Below, one piece after another: positions 30,385-40,262 of a stretch of DNA of 64,000 bases. The stretch's first letter is position 1, and the number at the start of each line of letters is the position of its first letter. Location: contig CAZFPA010000001.1 of the NCBI GenBank assembly GCA_964520975.1, positions 30,425 through 94,424 of the forward strand, given 5' to 3'. A model generated the notes under the pieces. That model was given only the letters and a program-made list of their open reading frames with translations. It searched no databases and was not told where the DNA came from. This stretch comes from an uncultured Selenomonadaceae bacterium. GTDB taxonomy: Bacteria; Bacillota; Negativicutes; Selenomonadales; Selenomonadaceae. The position numbers and the translations under genes are program-made.

Positions 30385-30421
30385 CGAAAATTAACGGACA
30401 GTCCTGAATGAACTGTCCGTT
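30385..30421 (-). terminator. intrinsic terminator after metK
   Basis: Stem aacggacagt(30393-30402)/actgtccgtt(30412-30421) with a weak U-tail. Confidence 0.65.
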
Positions 30422-30443
30422 ACCTGCTTTTCCTATAACTGGA

Positions 30444-31634
30444 TCAGAGCCCAGCCTGCGTACGCAGTGTCTCAGCTTTATCGGTATGCTCCCACGGAAG
30501 ATCGACATCCGTGCGGCCAAAATGCCCGTAAGCTGCTGTCTGTGCGTAAATCGGACGGCGCAGATTGAGCTTCTTGATGATACCGGCCGGGCGCAGGTCG
30601 AAGTTCTTCTTCACGAGCTGCTCGATCAGGGCCTCATCAACCTTGTGCGTGCCAAAGGTCTCAACCATGACAGAAACCGGATGTGCTACACCAATGGCAT
30701 AGGCCAGCTGGATTTCGCAGCGATCCGCGAGGCCTGCGGCCACAACATTTTTCGCCACATACCGTGCCGCATAGGCTGCGGAACGGTCAACCTTCGTCGG
30801 ATCCTTGCCCGAGAAAGCGCCGCCGCCATGACGAGCCATCCCGCCATAGGTATCAACGATGATCTTACGACCCGTAAGACCAGCATCCCCCTGCGGTCCG
30901 CCAATGACGAACTTGCCGGTCGGATTAACGAAATACTGCGTATCATCATCCAAAAGCTCCGCCGGAACAACCGCCTTGATGACCTTTTCAATCATGTCAC
31001 GGCGAATCGTCGCGAGATCCACAGCCTCATCGTGCTGCGTGGAAATGACAATCGTATCGATGTGGACCGGTTTGCCATCCTCATAGGCAACCGTTACCTG
31101 CGTCTTACCATCCGGACGGAGATACGGCAGTTCACCGCTCTTTCTGACTTCCGTCAGACGGCGGGCCAGGCGATGCGCCAGTGCAATCGTCAGCGGCATG
31201 TACTCCGGCGTCTCATTCGTTGCATAGCCGAACATCATGCCCTGATCCCCTGCACCGATGGCATCTTCCTCTTCCATCTCACCATTCTTTGCTTCCAGGG
31301 CCTTATCCACTCCCAGGGCAATATCCGCTGACTGCTCGTCAATGGATACATTCACGCCGCAGGTCTCGCAGTCAAAACCGTATTTCGCTCTCGTATAGCC
31401 GATCTTGCGAATCGTCTCACGAATGATGTGGGGAATATCCACATAGCATTTCGTAGAAATCTCGCCCGCTACATGCACCTGGCCTGTAGTGATGAGCGTC
31501 TCACAGGCTACACGCCCCATCGGGTCCTGCGCCAGAATCGCATCGAGGATGCTGTCCGAAATCTGATCGGCAATCTTATCCGGATGGCCTTCCGTTACAG
31601 ACTCCGAAGTAAATAATACACGTTTCTTACTCAT
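30444..31634 (-). CDS. metK: S-adenosylmethionine synthetase
   Basis: Motifs [13 protein letters not shown] and [16 protein letters not shown]. The ATG at 31634 follows GGAGG. Confidence 0.95.
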   Translation of the reverse strand: MSKKRVLFTSESVTEGHPDKIADQISDSILDAILAQDPMGRVACETLITTGQVHVAGEISTKCYVDIPHIIRETIRKIGYTRAKYGFDCETCGVNVSIDEQSADIALGVDKALEAKNGEMEEEDAIGAGDQGMMFGYATNETPEYMPLTIALAHRLARRLTEVRKSGELPYLRPDGKTQVTVAYEDGKPVHIDTIVISTQHDEAVDLATIRRDMIEKVIKAVVPAELLDDDTQYFVNPTGKFVIGGPQGDAGLTGRKIIVDTYGGMARHGGGAFSGKDPTKVDRSAAYAARYVAKNVVAAGLADRCEIQLAYAIGVAHPVSVMVETFGTHKVDEALIEQLVKKNFDLRPAGIIKKLNLRRPIYAQTAAYGHFGRTDVDLPWEHTDKAETLRTQAGL

Positions 31635-31656
31635 ATTCTGCCTCCTTTTTGCCAAA

Positions 31657-31800
31657 TAAAAAACTCTCTACACTATAATAGAGAGTCGTATCCGCTCTCA
31701 TCTTATAGGCTTTGCCTACAGGAATTGGCACCGTTTGACACTGTCAATGGTTGCCGCGGTTTCACAGGGCCAGTCCCTCCACCGCTCTTGATGAGTTTCA
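31657..31800 (-). promoter_or_regulatory. SAM-I riboswitch (S-box) with terminator
   Basis: The minus-strand read is CTCATCAAGAGCGGTGGAGGGACTGGCCCTGTGAAACCGCGGCAACC...GGTGCCAATTCC...AGATGAGAG, then the hairpin actctcta/tagagagt plus a U-run at 31657-31686. Confidence 0.9.
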
Positions 31801-31819
31801 TATTCAGCTTTATGGTTAT

Positions 31820-31848
31820 ATGATAAACGATAGCAGATTATATGTCAA
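31820..31848 (-). promoter_or_regulatory. candidate sigma70 promoter for the S-box-metK transcript
   Basis: TTGACA (31843-31848), 17 nt, TATCAT (31820-31825). It lies about 20 nt upstream of the riboswitch P1 stem. Confidence 0.6.
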
Positions 31849-31896
31849 GAGGAATCGTGAATCTGATTCATATTTATTCTTACCGGGAGCGGCCTG

Positions 31897-31932
31897 AAAT
31901 AAAAAGAGCCCCAGGATATTATCCTGAGACTC
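31897..31932 (-). terminator. intrinsic terminator after coaBC
   Basis: An imperfect stem gagccccaggat/atcctgagactc. The A-run at 31899-31905 gives a U-run on the minus strand. Confidence 0.55.
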
Positions 31933-31981
31933 CTGCATGCAGCAGCCCTTATGAGCTTGCAAAAATAAACTTCTAAAAGTG

Positions 31982-33178
31982 TCATTGTGGTAAAGCCGCG
32001 ACCCGGTCAAGAATGATACCTGCCAAAACGACCTTGCTCTGCAGCGGAAATTCTTCTACCTGTCCATCCCGCGAAAGGATTTTAATGAGGTTCGTCTCGC
32101 TGTTGAAACCGGCATTCGGCTTGGTCACATCGTTGGCTACAATGAAATCCAGGTTCTTTTTTTCGAGCTTCTGCCGGGCATAGGCCAGCAGATTCTGCGT
32201 TTCTGCCGCAAAGCCAACCAGGATCTGGCCGGGCTTCTTCAAAGCACCGAGTTCCCGGAGAATATCCGGATTTTTCTCGAGTACAAGTGTCAGAACGTCT
32301 TCATCCTTCTTGATCTTGTTCTCGGCAATCTCCCTGGCCCGATAATCGGCTACTGCAGCGGCCTTGATAACGATATCACAGGTAGAAAACTCCTCCAGAA
32401 CAGCCGCCCGCATCTGCGCGGCTGTCTCAATGTGAATCACGCGCACGCCAGCCGGCTCCGATAAAGCGGAAGGTCCCGAAATCAGCACGACCGCAGCACC
32501 CCGCCGGGCTGCCTCAGCCGCGATTGCGTATCCCATGCGGCCGCTGGAACGGTTGCCGATATAGCGCACGGGATCGATAGGCTCAATTGTCCCGGCTGCC
32601 GTGACCAAAACCTTTTTCCCGGCCAAAGAAGCCAGCGAAGAGCTTGCCGCCTCCATTTCAGTGACGATCTGCTCCGGCTCCGGCAGGCGCCCGACTCCGG
32701 AGGTTCCGCAGGCCAGCGGCCCGCTCGCCGGTGCAATGAGCTGCCAGCCACGGTGCTGCAGCGTCCGGATATTCTGCTGCGTTGCCGGATTCTCATACAT
32801 ATTACTGTTCATGGCCGGAGCAAAGAATATAGGTGCCCGCGTCGCAAGCAGAGTCGTGGTCAGCATATCATCCGCCATCCCCTGCGCCGCCTTGGCGATG
32901 AAATTCGCGGTGGCCGGTGCCACCAGAACAAAATCCGCCATCCTGGCCAGCGCGATATGCTCAACATTCCAATGCGTCACCTTATCCCACATACTGGTGG
33001 TAACCGGCTGTCCCGTAATCTCGCGAAACGTGAGCTCTGTCACGAATTCCGTCGCCGCCCGTGTCATGATCACATGCACCTCAGCGCCTTTTTTGCGCAG
33101 ACGGCTGGCCACCTCTACAGCCTTATAGGCTGCAATGCCGCCAGTGACTCCTAAAACAATCTTCTTACCCTCTAGCAT
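31982..33178 (-). CDS. coaBC: bifunctional phosphopantothenoylcysteine decarboxylase / phosphopantothenate-cysteine ligase
   Basis: 398 aa with an N-terminal flavoprotein domain (GVTGGIAAYK) and a C-terminal CoaB domain (ITAGGT-like VTAAGTIEPIDPVRYIGNRSSG). Confidence 0.93.
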   Translation of the reverse strand: MLEGKKIVLGVTGGIAAYKAVEVASRLRKKGAEVHVIMTRAATEFVTELTFREITGQPVTTSMWDKVTHWNVEHIALARMADFVLVAPATANFIAKAAQGMADDMLTTTLLATRAPIFFAPAMNSNMYENPATQQNIRTLQHRGWQLIAPASGPLACGTSGVGRLPEPEQIVTEMEAASSSLASLAGKKVLVTAAGTIEPIDPVRYIGNRSSGRMGYAIAAEAARRGAAVVLISGPSALSEPAGVRVIHIETAAQMRAAVLEEFSTCDIVIKAAAVADYRAREIAENKIKKDEDVLTLVLEKNPDILRELGALKKPGQILVGFAAETQNLLAYARQKLEKKNLDFIVANDVTKPNAGFNSETNLIKILSRDGQVEEFPLQSKVVLAGIILDRVAALPQ

Positions 33179-33216
33179 CTGTCTCCAACTCCAGCTCCTG
33201 ACTGCAGGCAGTCAGC

Positions 33217-33429
33217 TTATTTTAGGCCAGCTTTCACACGTTTATAATAGATCTTGCCCTCGGCAATTTCCTCCAGCGCATTCGTAACGTTCTTCGTCGA
33301 ACGAACCTCGACCTTGATGGGATCGCCATCGAGAATCTGACGGGCTCTTTTCGCAGCCAGTACAACGAGTGTATAGCGGCTGTCTACCTTCTTCAGCAGT
33401 GTATTGATTGACGGATTTACCATATCCAT
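33217..33429 (-). CDS. rpoZ: DNA-directed RNA polymerase subunit omega
   Basis: The RpoZ core is SRYTLVVLAAKRARQI. The ATG at 33429 lies just after the gmk stop, and the ORF maximum is 33462. Confidence 0.88.
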   Translation of the reverse strand: MDMVNPSINTLLKKVDSRYTLVVLAAKRARQILDGDPIKVEVRSTKNVTNALEEIAEGKIYYKRVKAGLK

Positions 33430-33433
33430 GAGA

Positions 33434-34051
33434 TCATTTCCCCTTTCCTTTTTCCAGCTCATCTATGAATTCAATATTACGTTCAATGCGGCAATGCTCT
33501 GCCGTAAGAATCGCAGCGATATGCTCAACAGCTCTGTCCACATCGTCATTGACAACGACATAGCTGTAATGCTTGCCTATTTCCAGCTCCGTTGCCGCCG
33601 CACCCAGCCGGCGGGCAATGCTCTCCTCTGTCTCGGTTCCGCGGCCGCGGATGCGCTTTTCCAGCTCCGGCAGCGACGGTGGTACAAGATAAATATAAAG
33701 TCCCTCCGGAAACTGCTTCTTGACCTTCATTGCCCCTTGCGTATCGATCTCAAGCAGCATGTCCTGTCCCTCAGAAAGCTTTTCCTGTATCTTTTTCAGG
33801 GGGGTACCATAGTAATTTCCATATACCTCAGCCCACTCCAGGAGCTCGCCATTCGCAATCATTTTCTCAAAGGCAGCTTTTTCCGTGAAATAATAATTCA
33901 CACCATTCTGCTCGCCCTCACGCGGCGACCGCGTCGTTGCCGAAACAGAATAAGCGATTTCCGGATGCGCCGCCAAAAGAGCCTTGCAGACGGTTCCTTT
34001 CCCAGTTCCCGATGGACCGGAAACCACAATCAATAAACCCTGTTTTTTCAT
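33434..34051 (-). CDS. gmk: guanylate kinase
   Basis: P-loop GPSGTGKGT and TTRSPREGE. Confidence 0.95.
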   Translation of the reverse strand: MKKQGLLIVVSGPSGTGKGTVCKALLAAHPEIAYSVSATTRSPREGEQNGVNYYFTEKAAFEKMIANGELLEWAEVYGNYYGTPLKKIQEKLSEGQDMLLEIDTQGAMKVKKQFPEGLYIYLVPPSLPELEKRIRGRGTETEESIARRLGAAATELEIGKHYSYVVVNDDVDRAVEHIAAILTAEHCRIERNIEFIDELEKGKGK

Positions 34052-34326
34052 TTCTCGTCATCCTTTACCTTGAGATCCGCATCGTCGTTTTCAATGACCC
34101 GATGCGCCACGGTCTCCGGCTGTACAGCCGACAGGATTACATGACCGCTGTCAGCGATGAGCACAGCCCGGGTCCGACGGCCATAGGTGGCATCGATGAG
34201 CATGCCATGATCCCTGGCCTCCTGAATGATGCGCTTGATTGGTGCCGATTCCGGACTCACGATTGCGATCATCCGGTTCGCCGACACAATGTTGCCAAAA
34301 CCTATATTGATGAGCTTAATGTCCAT
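34048..34326 (-). CDS. remA: RemA/DUF370 family regulator
   Basis: 92 aa with [14 protein letters not shown]...[10 protein letters not shown], highly characteristic of RemA (YlzA). Confidence 0.9.
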   Translation of the reverse strand: MDIKLINIGFGNIVSANRMIAIVSPESAPIKRIIQEARDHGMLIDATYGRRTRAVLIADSGHVILSAVQPETVAHRVIENDDADLKVKDDEK

Positions 34327-34360
34327 AGTATATTATATCCTCTCTTCCCATGAAGAAAAT

Positions 34361-35242
34361 CTATTCCACATTCTGGATCTGTTCCCGAATTTTTTCGATT
34401 TCACTTTTACAGTCAACTACGAGCTGCGCCGCCTCCGCACAATTTGCCTTGGAAGCGATGGTGTTGACCTCCCGGTTCATTTCCTGTACGAGGAAATCCA
34501 GCTTACGCCCCATGGGTTCTGCCGGATCTTCAATCATGCTCCGGAACTGCTGGAAATGGCTCTGCAGCCGCACGACCTCTTCGGTATAATTGATCTTATC
34601 CGCATAAATTGCCGTCTCCTGGATAATGCGCGTCTCGTCGATTGCATCCTTTGCCAAAAGCTCACAGATCGTCTTCTGCAGACGCTCACGATAAGCGACA
34701 ACGATCTCCGGCGCGAATGCGGCAATCTTCCCGACCAGTTCCTGCAGCGTATCGAGGCGTCCGACAAAATCCTGCTGCAGGTTGCGGCCCTCGGCCTCCC
34801 GCATGACCAGGAAGCCATCCAGGGCAGTCCGCAGCGCCGTAAGCAGCGCCGTCCTGGCCCCCGCTATATCCAGCATGCCCTCTGACAAAGTCAGGACTTC
34901 CGGATAGTTGGCCACCGTACTCACATCATCCGGCCGTGCCAGGTGCAGAAGATCACTCATCTCGTTCAATGCCTTATGGTAAGCAATTGCGAGACTTTTG
35001 TCAACCCTTATACACTGCTCTTTTTCCCGCTTATCCAGGAAATTCACATTCACATCCAGCTTTCCCCGTGACGCATACGTGCGGATGAGTTTCACCGCAT
35101 CAGCCTCCAGCGCAGCCAGTCCATGCGGCATGTGCATATTGATTTCCAGATAACGCTGGTTGACTGACTTCACCTCGATATGAAGCTTATAGTCATCATC
35201 CTCATAATCCCCAGAACCGAATCCCGTCATACTTCTCAGCAT
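34361..35242 (-). CDS. yicC: YicC family protein
   Basis: 293 aa with MTGFG at the N-terminus, a C-terminal DUF1732 motif (QEMNREVNTIASKA), and IREQIQNVE. Confidence 0.9.
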   Translation of the reverse strand: MLRSMTGFGSGDYEDDDYKLHIEVKSVNQRYLEINMHMPHGLAALEADAVKLIRTYASRGKLDVNVNFLDKREKEQCIRVDKSLAIAYHKALNEMSDLLHLARPDDVSTVANYPEVLTLSEGMLDIAGARTALLTALRTALDGFLVMREAEGRNLQQDFVGRLDTLQELVGKIAAFAPEIVVAYRERLQKTICELLAKDAIDETRIIQETAIYADKINYTEEVVRLQSHFQQFRSMIEDPAEPMGRKLDFLVQEMNREVNTIASKANCAEAAQLVVDCKSEIEKIREQIQNVE

Positions 35243-35259
35243 CTACAGCCCTCCCCGGC

Positions 35260-36114
35260 TTACGCCTGTCCTTCTTTATCGGCAAAGTGTCCGGCAAACA
35301 CCTGCTCCGCCGGGCCCGTCATGTAAAGATGGCCGTTGTCTGCCCATTCCACGGTGAGCCGGCCACCATCGAGCTCAATCTCGGCCCGACGCTCGGTAAG
35401 ACCATTGAGCACCGCCGCCGTAAGTGTGGCACAGGAGCCCGTTCCGCAGGCCAGCGTGACGGCCGCCCCGCGTTCCCATACACGCATGCGCAGATGCGTG
35501 CGGTCGCGCACCTCGACAAATTCCGCATTGACCTTGCGCGGAAAACACGCATGCGTCTCAAAGGCCGGCCCGACGGTCTCAATCGGCAACGCCCCGATCT
35601 CATCCACAAATACAACACAGTGCGGATTGCCCATGGATACACAGGTCATAGTATAGCGCTGCCCCAGAACCTCAATGGGCTCAGAAACCACCCGACGGCT
35701 GCCGAAGCCGGCAACCGGTATCCGGTCAGCTTCCAGGACAGGCTCACCCATATCCACCTGCACTGATACCACCTTGCCCGCTGACAGAATAAGCTTAGGC
35801 ACCAGAATTCCCGCACCGGTCTCAACCGTGAACTCCGTTTTGTCCGTGAGCCCCGCCTCATAGGCGCAGCGTGCAAAGCAACGGATACCATTGCCGCACA
35901 TCTCCGCCTCACTGCCATCGGTATTAAAGATCCGCATACGAAAATCGGCCTTTGTGGAAGGAAGCAGCAGGATGAGGCCATCTGCGCCAATGCCATAATG
36001 ACGGTCACATACCCGTTTCGCCAATGCAGCATAATCCGTCAGCTTTTCCGCAAAGCAGTTCACGAGAACAAAATCATTTCCGCAGCCCTGCCATTTCGTA
36101 AATGAAAATTCCAT
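35260..36114 (-). CDS. dapF: diaminopimelate epimerase
   Basis: GCGNDF at the N-terminus and both catalytic Cys motifs (MCGNG, ACGTGS). The start could be the ATG at 36114 or the GTG at 36123. Confidence 0.93.
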   Translation of the reverse strand: MEFSFTKWQGCGNDFVLVNCFAEKLTDYAALAKRVCDRHYGIGADGLILLLPSTKADFRMRIFNTDGSEAEMCGNGIRCFARCAYEAGLTDKTEFTVETGAGILVPKLILSAGKVVSVQVDMGEPVLEADRIPVAGFGSRRVVSEPIEVLGQRYTMTCVSMGNPHCVVFVDEIGALPIETVGPAFETHACFPRKVNAEFVEVRDRTHLRMRVWERGAAVTLACGTGSCATLTAAVLNGLTERRAEIELDGGRLTVEWADNGHLYMTGPAEQVFAGHFADKEGQA

Positions 36115-36204
36115 TGTAGTCACGCTCCCAAAACAGCATAAAATGCCATATACATATTATTGTATATGTTTCCGGAAAGTTATGCAAGAAAAACCCCCGC
36201 AGAT

Positions 36205-36233
36205 TTGACCAAACTGCACTGAAATGCTATACT
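36205..36233 (+). promoter_or_regulatory. candidate sigma70 promoter for rqcH
   Basis: TTGACC (36205-36210), 17 nt, TATACT (36228-36233). Confidence 0.55.
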
Positions 36234-36309
36234 TTTAGCACGAATTGCCGTGTACTGCCGCCCTTATGGCAGTGCCTTTCACGATATTGCAAAAATCGAG
36301 GTTACAATT

Positions 36310-38073
36310 ATGAGTTTAGACGGATTTTCCATGCACCCGCTCGCAGCCGAGCTTAACACAGCACTGGCTGGCGGCCGCATCGACAAGATTACGCAGCCGA
36401 ACAAGCAGTCCGTACTGCTCTCCGTGCGGCAGCCCGGACAGAATTTCCTGCTGCATCTCTCTATCAACCCGCAGAATCCCGCGGCTCATCTCATGGAAAA
36501 GCCCCTGGAAAATCCGGCAGAACCACCGCTTTTCTGCATGGTACTGCGCAAGCACATCGAAACCGGCCGCATCGCGGAGATCCGCCAGTACGGTCTCGAC
36601 CGCATCCTCATCATCGACATTGATTTTCTGGCTGCTGGCGGTGAGATCCTCACCAAGTCACTGGTCATTGAGCTCATGGGAAAATACAGCAACATGATCC
36701 TCATTCAGGACGGCCGCATCATCGAGGCCCTGCGTAAAGTCGGAACAAACAGCAGCCGGGTACGCACCGTGCTTCCCGGACAGGACTATGTCCTGCCACC
36801 GCAGCAGGACAAGCTGAACCTTTTAGAAACACCACTGCCAGAAATCCTTGCCGCACTCAAAAAACAGCCGGAGGAAAAACTTTCCAAGGCCTTGCTGAAC
36901 ACCTGCCTGGGCTTTGGCCCGGTATCGGCCAGGGAAACCGCCTTCAATGCCGGTCTGGCCGCCAGTACGAAAATCAGCGAACTCGATGCGGCGGATTTCG
37001 CTTCACTGGCTTCCGCCCTGGAGGAAATCCATCAGAACTGCCTTGATGCGAAGGCTCCGGCCTGCCTCGTACTCGGTGAAAACAATAAGCTGCTGGCCAT
37101 GGCCGCTTTCCCGCTGCACTATCTGACGGAAGGGACCTGCACCACCTTTGACAGCATCAGTGCCATGCTCAGCCAGGCCTCCCGCCTGGCTGGCAGCTAC
37201 ACCCTGCCGGATCGTGACCGCTTCCGCAAGCTCGTGCGCACGGAACTGGCCCGCGCAGAAAACAAATGCCAGGTACTGGAAAAAGAAATCGCCGCGGCGG
37301 AAAATGCCGAAGAATATCGTATTAAGGCCGATAACCTCATGACCTATCAGTACGCACTGCAGGATCATGTAGATGCCGAGATCACCGTGGACAATATCTA
37401 CAGTGCGTCCGGGGAAAAGATCACCATCCCCCTTGACCAGCGGATTTCCATCAGCCAGAACGTCCAGGCCTACTATCATAAATACGATAAATTCAAGCGG
37501 GCGCAGGAACTTCTGCGCGTCCAGCGCCGCCAATGCGAGGATGATATCCGCTATCTCGCAAGCATCGAGACCTCCCTGGAGGCCTCCCGCAGCCTGGCGG
37601 AAATCCGTGATATCCGCACCGAACTCATTGTCAGCGGCTATCTGCGGGAAAGCAGCAAAAAAAAGATGCAGGAAAAGCCATCCGTTCCTTTCAAGTTCGA
37701 GGCTGCCGATGGCACTCAGATTCTCGTAGGGAAAAACAATTATCAAAACGATAAGCTCACCTTCAAGACCGCCTATTTCAACGATCTCTGGTTCCATACC
37801 AAGGACATCCCCGGCTCCCATGTCATCCTGCGCTGCGGAGACGACGAACCGGCCACGGATACGATTCTGCTGGCGGCAAGTCTTGCCGCTCACTTCAGTC
37901 AGGCCGCCGGCTCATCCAAGATACCGGTGGACTACACCCGCTGCCGCTTCGTAAAGAAGCCCTCCGGTGCCAAACCCGGCTTCGTCATCTTCACCAACCA
38001 GACCACACTCTACATCACGCCCGATGAAGAAAAGCTGTCCACGGTACTGCAGAACGATAAAAACGCCAACTGA
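36310..38073 (+). CDS. rqcH: ribosome quality control protein RqcH (NFACT / FbpA family)
   Basis: NFACT-N domain, coiled coil, and NFACT-R/DUF814 (WFHTKDIPGSHVIL). I take the ATG at 36310 after GAGG as the start. Confidence 0.88.
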   Translation: MSLDGFSMHPLAAELNTALAGGRIDKITQPNKQSVLLSVRQPGQNFLLHLSINPQNPAAHLMEKPLENPAEPPLFCMVLRKHIETGRIAEIRQYGLDRILIIDIDFLAAGGEILTKSLVIELMGKYSNMILIQDGRIIEALRKVGTNSSRVRTVLPGQDYVLPPQQDKLNLLETPLPEILAALKKQPEEKLSKALLNTCLGFGPVSARETAFNAGLAASTKISELDAADFASLASALEEIHQNCLDAKAPACLVLGENNKLLAMAAFPLHYLTEGTCTTFDSISAMLSQASRLAGSYTLPDRDRFRKLVRTELARAENKCQVLEKEIAAAENAEEYRIKADNLMTYQYALQDHVDAEITVDNIYSASGEKITIPLDQRISISQNVQAYYHKYDKFKRAQELLRVQRRQCEDDIRYLASIETSLEASRSLAEIRDIRTELIVSGYLRESSKKKMQEKPSVPFKFEAADGTQILVGKNNYQNDKLTFKTAYFNDLWFHTKDIPGSHVILRCGDDEPATDTILLAASLAAHFSQAAGSSKIPVDYTRCRFVKKPSGAKPGFVIFTNQTTLYITPDEEKLSTVLQNDKNAN

Positions 38074-38084
38074 ATGACAAAAAG

Positions 38085-38165
38085 AAAGCCTGCCGAATCT
38101 GTAGTGGCCCGCATAGGCCAGATTTTAAATCTGACTTATATGGACCAGTTCACCCGGCAGGCTTT
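38085..38165. terminator. long compound hairpin between convergent rqcH and the P-II gene
   Basis: Outer stem aaagcctgccg(38085-38095)/cggcaggcttt(38155-38165) flanked by A- and T-runs. An inner hairpin tggcc/ggcca lies at 38105-38120. Confidence 0.6.
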
Positions 38166-38167
38166 TT

Positions 38168-38530
38168 TTATTCGTGATCATCCACAATCGCGGCTCGGCC
38201 GCGTTCCCCGGTACGTATCTTTACAGCATCCTCAATACCCGAGATGAAGATCTTGCCATCTCCGATATGCCCGGTCGAGCATACCGCCTCAATGGCACTG
38301 ACAACCGTCTCGACGGGAATCTCACAGATGACGACCTCCACTTTGATCTTCGGCTGCAGGCTCACCTCCACCTGTCGGCCCCGATAGACCTCCTTATGGC
38401 CCTTGGAAAGACCACAGCCAAAAACATTGCTGACCGTCATCCCGGTAACACCAATGCGGTTCAGGGCTTCCTTTAACTCCTCCAGCTTCTCCGGCCGGGT
38501 CATGACTTCAACCTTCGTAATCTTGTCCAT
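38168..38530 (-). CDS. nitrogen regulatory protein P-II family
   Basis: 120 aa with the P-II fold signature and a T-loop containing the YRG motif (KGHKEVYRGRQ). The C-terminus has GDGKIF. Confidence 0.88.
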   Translation of the reverse strand: MDKITKVEVMTRPEKLEELKEALNRIGVTGMTVSNVFGCGLSKGHKEVYRGRQVEVSLQPKIKVEVVICEIPVETVVSAIEAVCSTGHIGDGKIFISGIEDAVKIRTGERGRAAIVDDHE

Positions 38531-38629
38531 CTGAATCCCTCCTGCTGATATTCTGCCGTTTTACCAAAAAGAGCCTGCCCTACCATTGACTGATAGTGAC
38601 AAGCTCCTTCGCTGCAAAACTATATGCTA

Positions 38630-38658
38630 TTTATACCATACAAAACCTGTAAATGCAA
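38630..38658 (-). promoter_or_regulatory. candidate sigma70 promoter for the P-II gene
   Basis: TTGCAT (38653-38658), 17 nt, TATAAA (38630-38635). Confidence 0.45.
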
Positions 38659-38691
38659 GCCTTTTCCCGCAAATCGCCATCAAGAGATGTA

Positions 38692-39138
38692 TCAGCGCAT
38701 AATCATGACCGGACAATCTGCATGCTGCAGGACATACTGGCTCACACTGCCCATAAGCAGCCGCTGAAAGGTTCCCATGCCCCGGCTGCCCATGATAATG
38801 AGGTCAAAGCTACCTTCCTGGGCCTTCGCGACGATGGTCTCTCCCGGATCGCCCACAGCTACAGCACCTTCTGCCCGTATTTCCCGCGGAAGCTCATGCA
38901 TGAGCTCCGTAAGAAGTTTCCAGGCACCATCCTTGAGCTCGGGTGGCACATAGCCTTCGATATATCCCCCGAGCGAAACCTGCTCAAAGGCGGATATCTC
39001 CTTATTGAGATCGATGACAAACAAAACCGTCAGCGCAGCATCATAGAGCCCGGCCACCGATACAGCCTGCTGTACGGCATCATAGGCCTGTTTCGAGCCA
39101 TCGATAGGCACCAGTATTTTATTGAAATCCATGCTCAC
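38692..39138 (-). CDS. universal stress protein (UspA family)
   Basis: 148 aa with the Usp ATP-binding motif (IIMGSRGMGTFQRLLMGSVS). Its ATGA overlap with the upstream ABC-2 gene suggests coupling. Confidence 0.9.
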   Translation of the reverse strand: MSMDFNKILVPIDGSKQAYDAVQQAVSVAGLYDAALTVLFVIDLNKEISAFEQVSLGGYIEGYVPPELKDGAWKLLTELMHELPREIRAEGAVAVGDPGETIVAKAQEGSFDLIIMGSRGMGTFQRLLMGSVSQYVLQHADCPVMIMR

Positions 39139-40262
39139 CCCTCCATTACTTCAGCCTGCACACGCTGCCGACGGGCGCGGGCCTTGTAGAATACGAAGCA
39201 GAACAATACCGCTACAAACCCAATGTACAGCAGGAAAGCACCGAACTCCCTGGATATATCCGTCAGGCCGGCACCACGCGTAATGATATCCCGCACGAGA
39301 TGAAATTCCCAGGTGAGCGGAAAGATATGCGACAGCGTCTGTACCCAGCCGGAAAGCACCGGTATCGGGCCTGTAGGGCCGCCCAGGATAAAGCCGCCTG
39401 GAATGAATAGAATCATCCGGCTCGAAGCGATTCCCGGATTGGAAGCTGTCCAGCCCATGAGCAGACTCAGCATGCCCAGCACAAAAATATAGAAAAACTG
39501 CGTGAACAAAAATGTCAGTACATGACCGGAAAAAACCATATCGCCCCAGATGCGCAGAATGGCCATGCCCACAAACAATGCGGTCAGCAGGCAGCCGCCA
39601 TAGGGAACGATGCGGACCATGAGGTCAAAGGGATTCCCCTGCTCAAGAATCCGGTCCAGTTTGCCGCTCAGCCGCAGCCGCGGTATCATGCCAATCGTCG
39701 CAAAGGTGAAAAACATCGAAGAGAAAAAGAACAAAAAGCCCTGCGTCTCACCATTGCTGGTCGAAGCTGCCGGATTGAACAGATTGCGCTCATGCAGAGA
39801 GATCCCGCTCTGCGCCGCGCCGCCGGCTGCCTGCTGATTGTCGATGGCGATGAGCTCATTCAGCGCGCTCTTGATATCCGCCGTCTGTGCCGTGTTCGTA
39901 TTGTCATAAAAAACCCCGATGCTGCCTGCATCAGCCGTATAACGATTTTTTTCCAGATCCCGCGGCAAATAGACAACGGCCACATTCTGATCCCGATAAA
40001 AAAGGGTCTTCGGTTCGGCAGGCGTATTGAGCACAGCCGTCACCTTCATGTACTGCGAAGCATTGAGCTTGTCGATGATTTCGTGGCTGTACTTGGAATT
40101 ATCGAGATCGATGACGGCAATATGCGCATCCTTAGCAAAATTATTGCCCAGCAGCACCGTCATGAATACCGTAATAACCACGGCCACCATCACAGCCACC
40201 TTTTCATAGGGCATGCCCTGTCCGGAAAACAGATAGCGCAGCTCATCTTTTAGTGAATTCAT
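39135..40262 (-). CDS. ABC-2 type transporter permease (YhhJ-like)
   Basis: 375 aa with an N-terminal TM segment, a large extracytoplasmic loop, and 5 C-terminal TM segments, which is ABC2_membrane-like organisation. Confidence 0.8.
   Translation of the reverse strand: MNSLKDELRYLFSGQGMPYEKVAVMVAVVITVFMTVLLGNNFAKDAHIAVIDLDNSKYSHEIIDKLNASQYMKVTAVLNTPAEPKTLFYRDQNVAVVYLPRDLEKNRYTADAGSIGVFYDNTNTAQTADIKSALNELIAIDNQQAAGGAAQSGISLHERNLFNPAASTSNGETQGFLFFFSSMFFTFATIGMIPRLRLSGKLDRILEQGNPFDLMVRIVPYGGCLLTALFVGMAILRIWGDMVFSGHVLTFLFTQFFYIFVLGMLSLLMGWTASNPGIASSRMILFIPGGFILGGPTGPIPVLSGWVQTLSHIFPLTWEFHLVRDIITRGAGLTDISREFGAFLLYIGFVAVLFCFVFYKARARRQRVQAEVMEG

Noticed and set aside
38590-38610. Possible GlnR/TnrA box (TGTCACTATCAGTCAAT) upstream of the P-II gene
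   Set aside because: The right half-site does not match the TGTNA-N7-TNACA consensus (AAT instead of ACA), and no second site is present.
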